This document shows, piece by piece, positions 62,211 to 64,000 of a stretch of DNA of 64,000 bases. The position numbers and the translations under genes were made by a program. Under the pieces are notes generated by a model. It saw nothing but the letters and a program-made list of their open reading frames with translations, was not told where the DNA came from and searched no databases. Every line of letters starts with the position of its first letter. The first letter of the stretch is position 1. The stretch is from Phoronis australis. Taxonomy: Eukaryota; Animalia; Phoronida. The stretch covers positions 145,620 through 209,619 of the forward strand of contig NMRA01000318.1 in the NCBI GenBank assembly GCA_002633005.1. Direction: 5' to 3'.

Positions 62211-62329
62211 TTGTAAGATTATGCGTCTTATTTTTCATAGCGTATAAATGTCGGTGCAATGCCCTTTGCTGAACATGCGATTGTTGAGCGTGCTCATTTA
62301 AGTATTCTATTTTCACGTTCGATGACGTC

Positions 62330-62440
62330 AGCCGCTGAGTGTTGTAGTGGCTAAGTCGGCGACTCGCAACTGTTGAGGCCCGGGTTCGAATCTGGCCTCG
62401 CTTTCCCCCCAAAATGTTATCTCACTAGTGAGATAACTTT
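62330..62440 (+). mobile_element. tRNA-like Pol III head followed by a perfect 22-bp palindrome
   Basis: tgtagtggctaagtcgg (A box-like), GGTTCGAATC (B box), gttatctcactagtgagataac at 62416-62437. Confidence 0.55.
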
Positions 62441-62943
62441 ATGGGTTATTACACGGTTGTATCTGCCATTCGTGGTTAATATTGTAGTATAAAACTACTT
62501 ACAATAAAACGGACGTTTTTTTTTTTAAATCAAAATTGTTTGTTTAACAAAACTACATCATAAAATGTTTGACAGTTTCGGAAAATATGTCCCTCCCCTT
62601 TCCAAAAATGCGACCGAATCGGTACAATCGGTTTCATTTGATGTTTTCCCATGTGCCTGTTGTCGTACACAATCTGACCATTTTGTTGTGGCAGGGTCGG
62701 TTTCATATTGCGATTCTTTTCAACAACTCGAGTTGGTTGAAAGGGGGACAATTTGTCTGGTGCAAAGTGCACGTGTGATATTTTAGAGTGCAAACCACAT
62801 AAATGACAAATGTGCATCTTGGTAACGGTTAAGACAGTCTGACGTTTCCATAGCTTTCGTGGAACTTTAAATACACTGAACGTGCATTTGCGTTCAGCCA
62901 AATACAGCTAGGTGACTGCACTTTTAATAAGTTTTCGCTAGCG

Positions 62944-63215
62944 TTTTAGTCAGTAAAACTACTACCAGGATTTTCCGTAGAAAAGCCCATGGGCGTGTAT
63001 TTGGAAAATGAAAATTCTCCGGCGTTTTCGTAACGCCAAATAAACGCCCGGGTGTTTATTAGCAAAAAGGGGGGTTTTAAACGGAGTCATAGTTTTGCCG
63101 ACTTTCGCATATTTTACTTAAAACTGTTATGTTAATAAATGCAGTTTGTCAACATCATTTTTACAAGTGATAAATGCTTCACAAAACTGAATGTGTAACA
63201 AAAAGTTGACGCTGA
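62944..63215 (+). mobile_element. Family D repeat, second copy
   Basis: Aligns with 59884-60190. Confidence 0.8.
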
Positions 63216-64000
63216 GTTGGCTTTAAGAAGAAATTTTCCATATCAGTCAAATTTCATGGCTGTGTACATCAAGTTGCATCTGTTTGAAATGGCCAACACG
63301 AGTTGAATAGAAATAATGAGTTTTCTAAGAAAACGTTAAATTGCATGGCATTCTACTCGAATATAAGCACATAAAGACATTACCTTAATTATGCGAATTT
63401 ATGGTATTGCAGCGCCCCGAAATAGGTAACCTCGTAGTTCTTCAGTATAGTGGGTATGACAGACAATCGAAATATACACTGAGCTTGTCAATTTTACAAA
63501 ATTACCAAGTTTCAATCCAATCACTTGAAATTTGTGAGCCAGGAATTTTATGTACATTAGAGAGGCATGTAATTATCTATTATTGTAGGGAAATGAAATT
63601 ATGCTCAAGGACCAGCATAACTGTCAACTCCCGAAAGCAAAATACTAAAAATCGAAAGACAACACGAATATAATTATTCATAATTTATAATTTATAAATT
63701 TTTTAATAACCACAAATTAGCTAATGTTTGAGAACAATGAAATTGGACTGTGTTTGGAAACAGCAGCTAGCAAAATGAATATTTTAGGATGATGGAAAAA
63801 GCCTTTTATATTTTCTCAAACTTTTATCTGTTTCTACATATTTTAAAAGGAATATGAAAAAAAATTACTGATCTATTAGCTAAACTCCATATTCAACAGG
63901 AACGGACGGGTTTTTTAGTATTCTGCTGCTTATAAGTGCCATTGTAGCTAATGAACCAAAATCATTATATAACCCACCTGGAAAAGCCTATAAATAAAAA

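Overview
AT-rich, intron-containing animal DNA, probably an invertebrate (species not determinable), from a draft assembly with single-n joins and one 80-N gap. Two spliced genes can be rebuilt by hand. ADAP1/centaurin-alpha lies on + (9 coding exons, 6216-20076, ~371 aa, ArfGAP zinc finger plus two PH domains). A convergent NAT9 GNAT acetyltransferase lies on - (6 coding exons, 27873-23476, ~197 aa). The right half has two probable genes with intronless CDS: a 146-aa uncharacterised protein (50890-51330 +) behind a uORF-rich leader, and a 125-aa single-pass membrane protein (58588-58211 -) with a TATA box and poly(A) signal. The rest is dense in non-autonomous mobile elements: tRNA-derived SINEs, MITEs with 4-, 5- and 8-bp target duplications, long foldbacks and tandem repeats. 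No prokaryotic-type system, CRISPR array, rRNA or intact tRNA was seen. The main oddities are minisatellites that copy exon ends plus splice donors in both genes, a probable GC-AG intron and a tandem acceptor that changes zinc-finger spacing in ADAP1, adjacent opposite-strand poly(A) signals, and CTCF-like motifs carried by repeats. Homology statements are from memory; no search was run.
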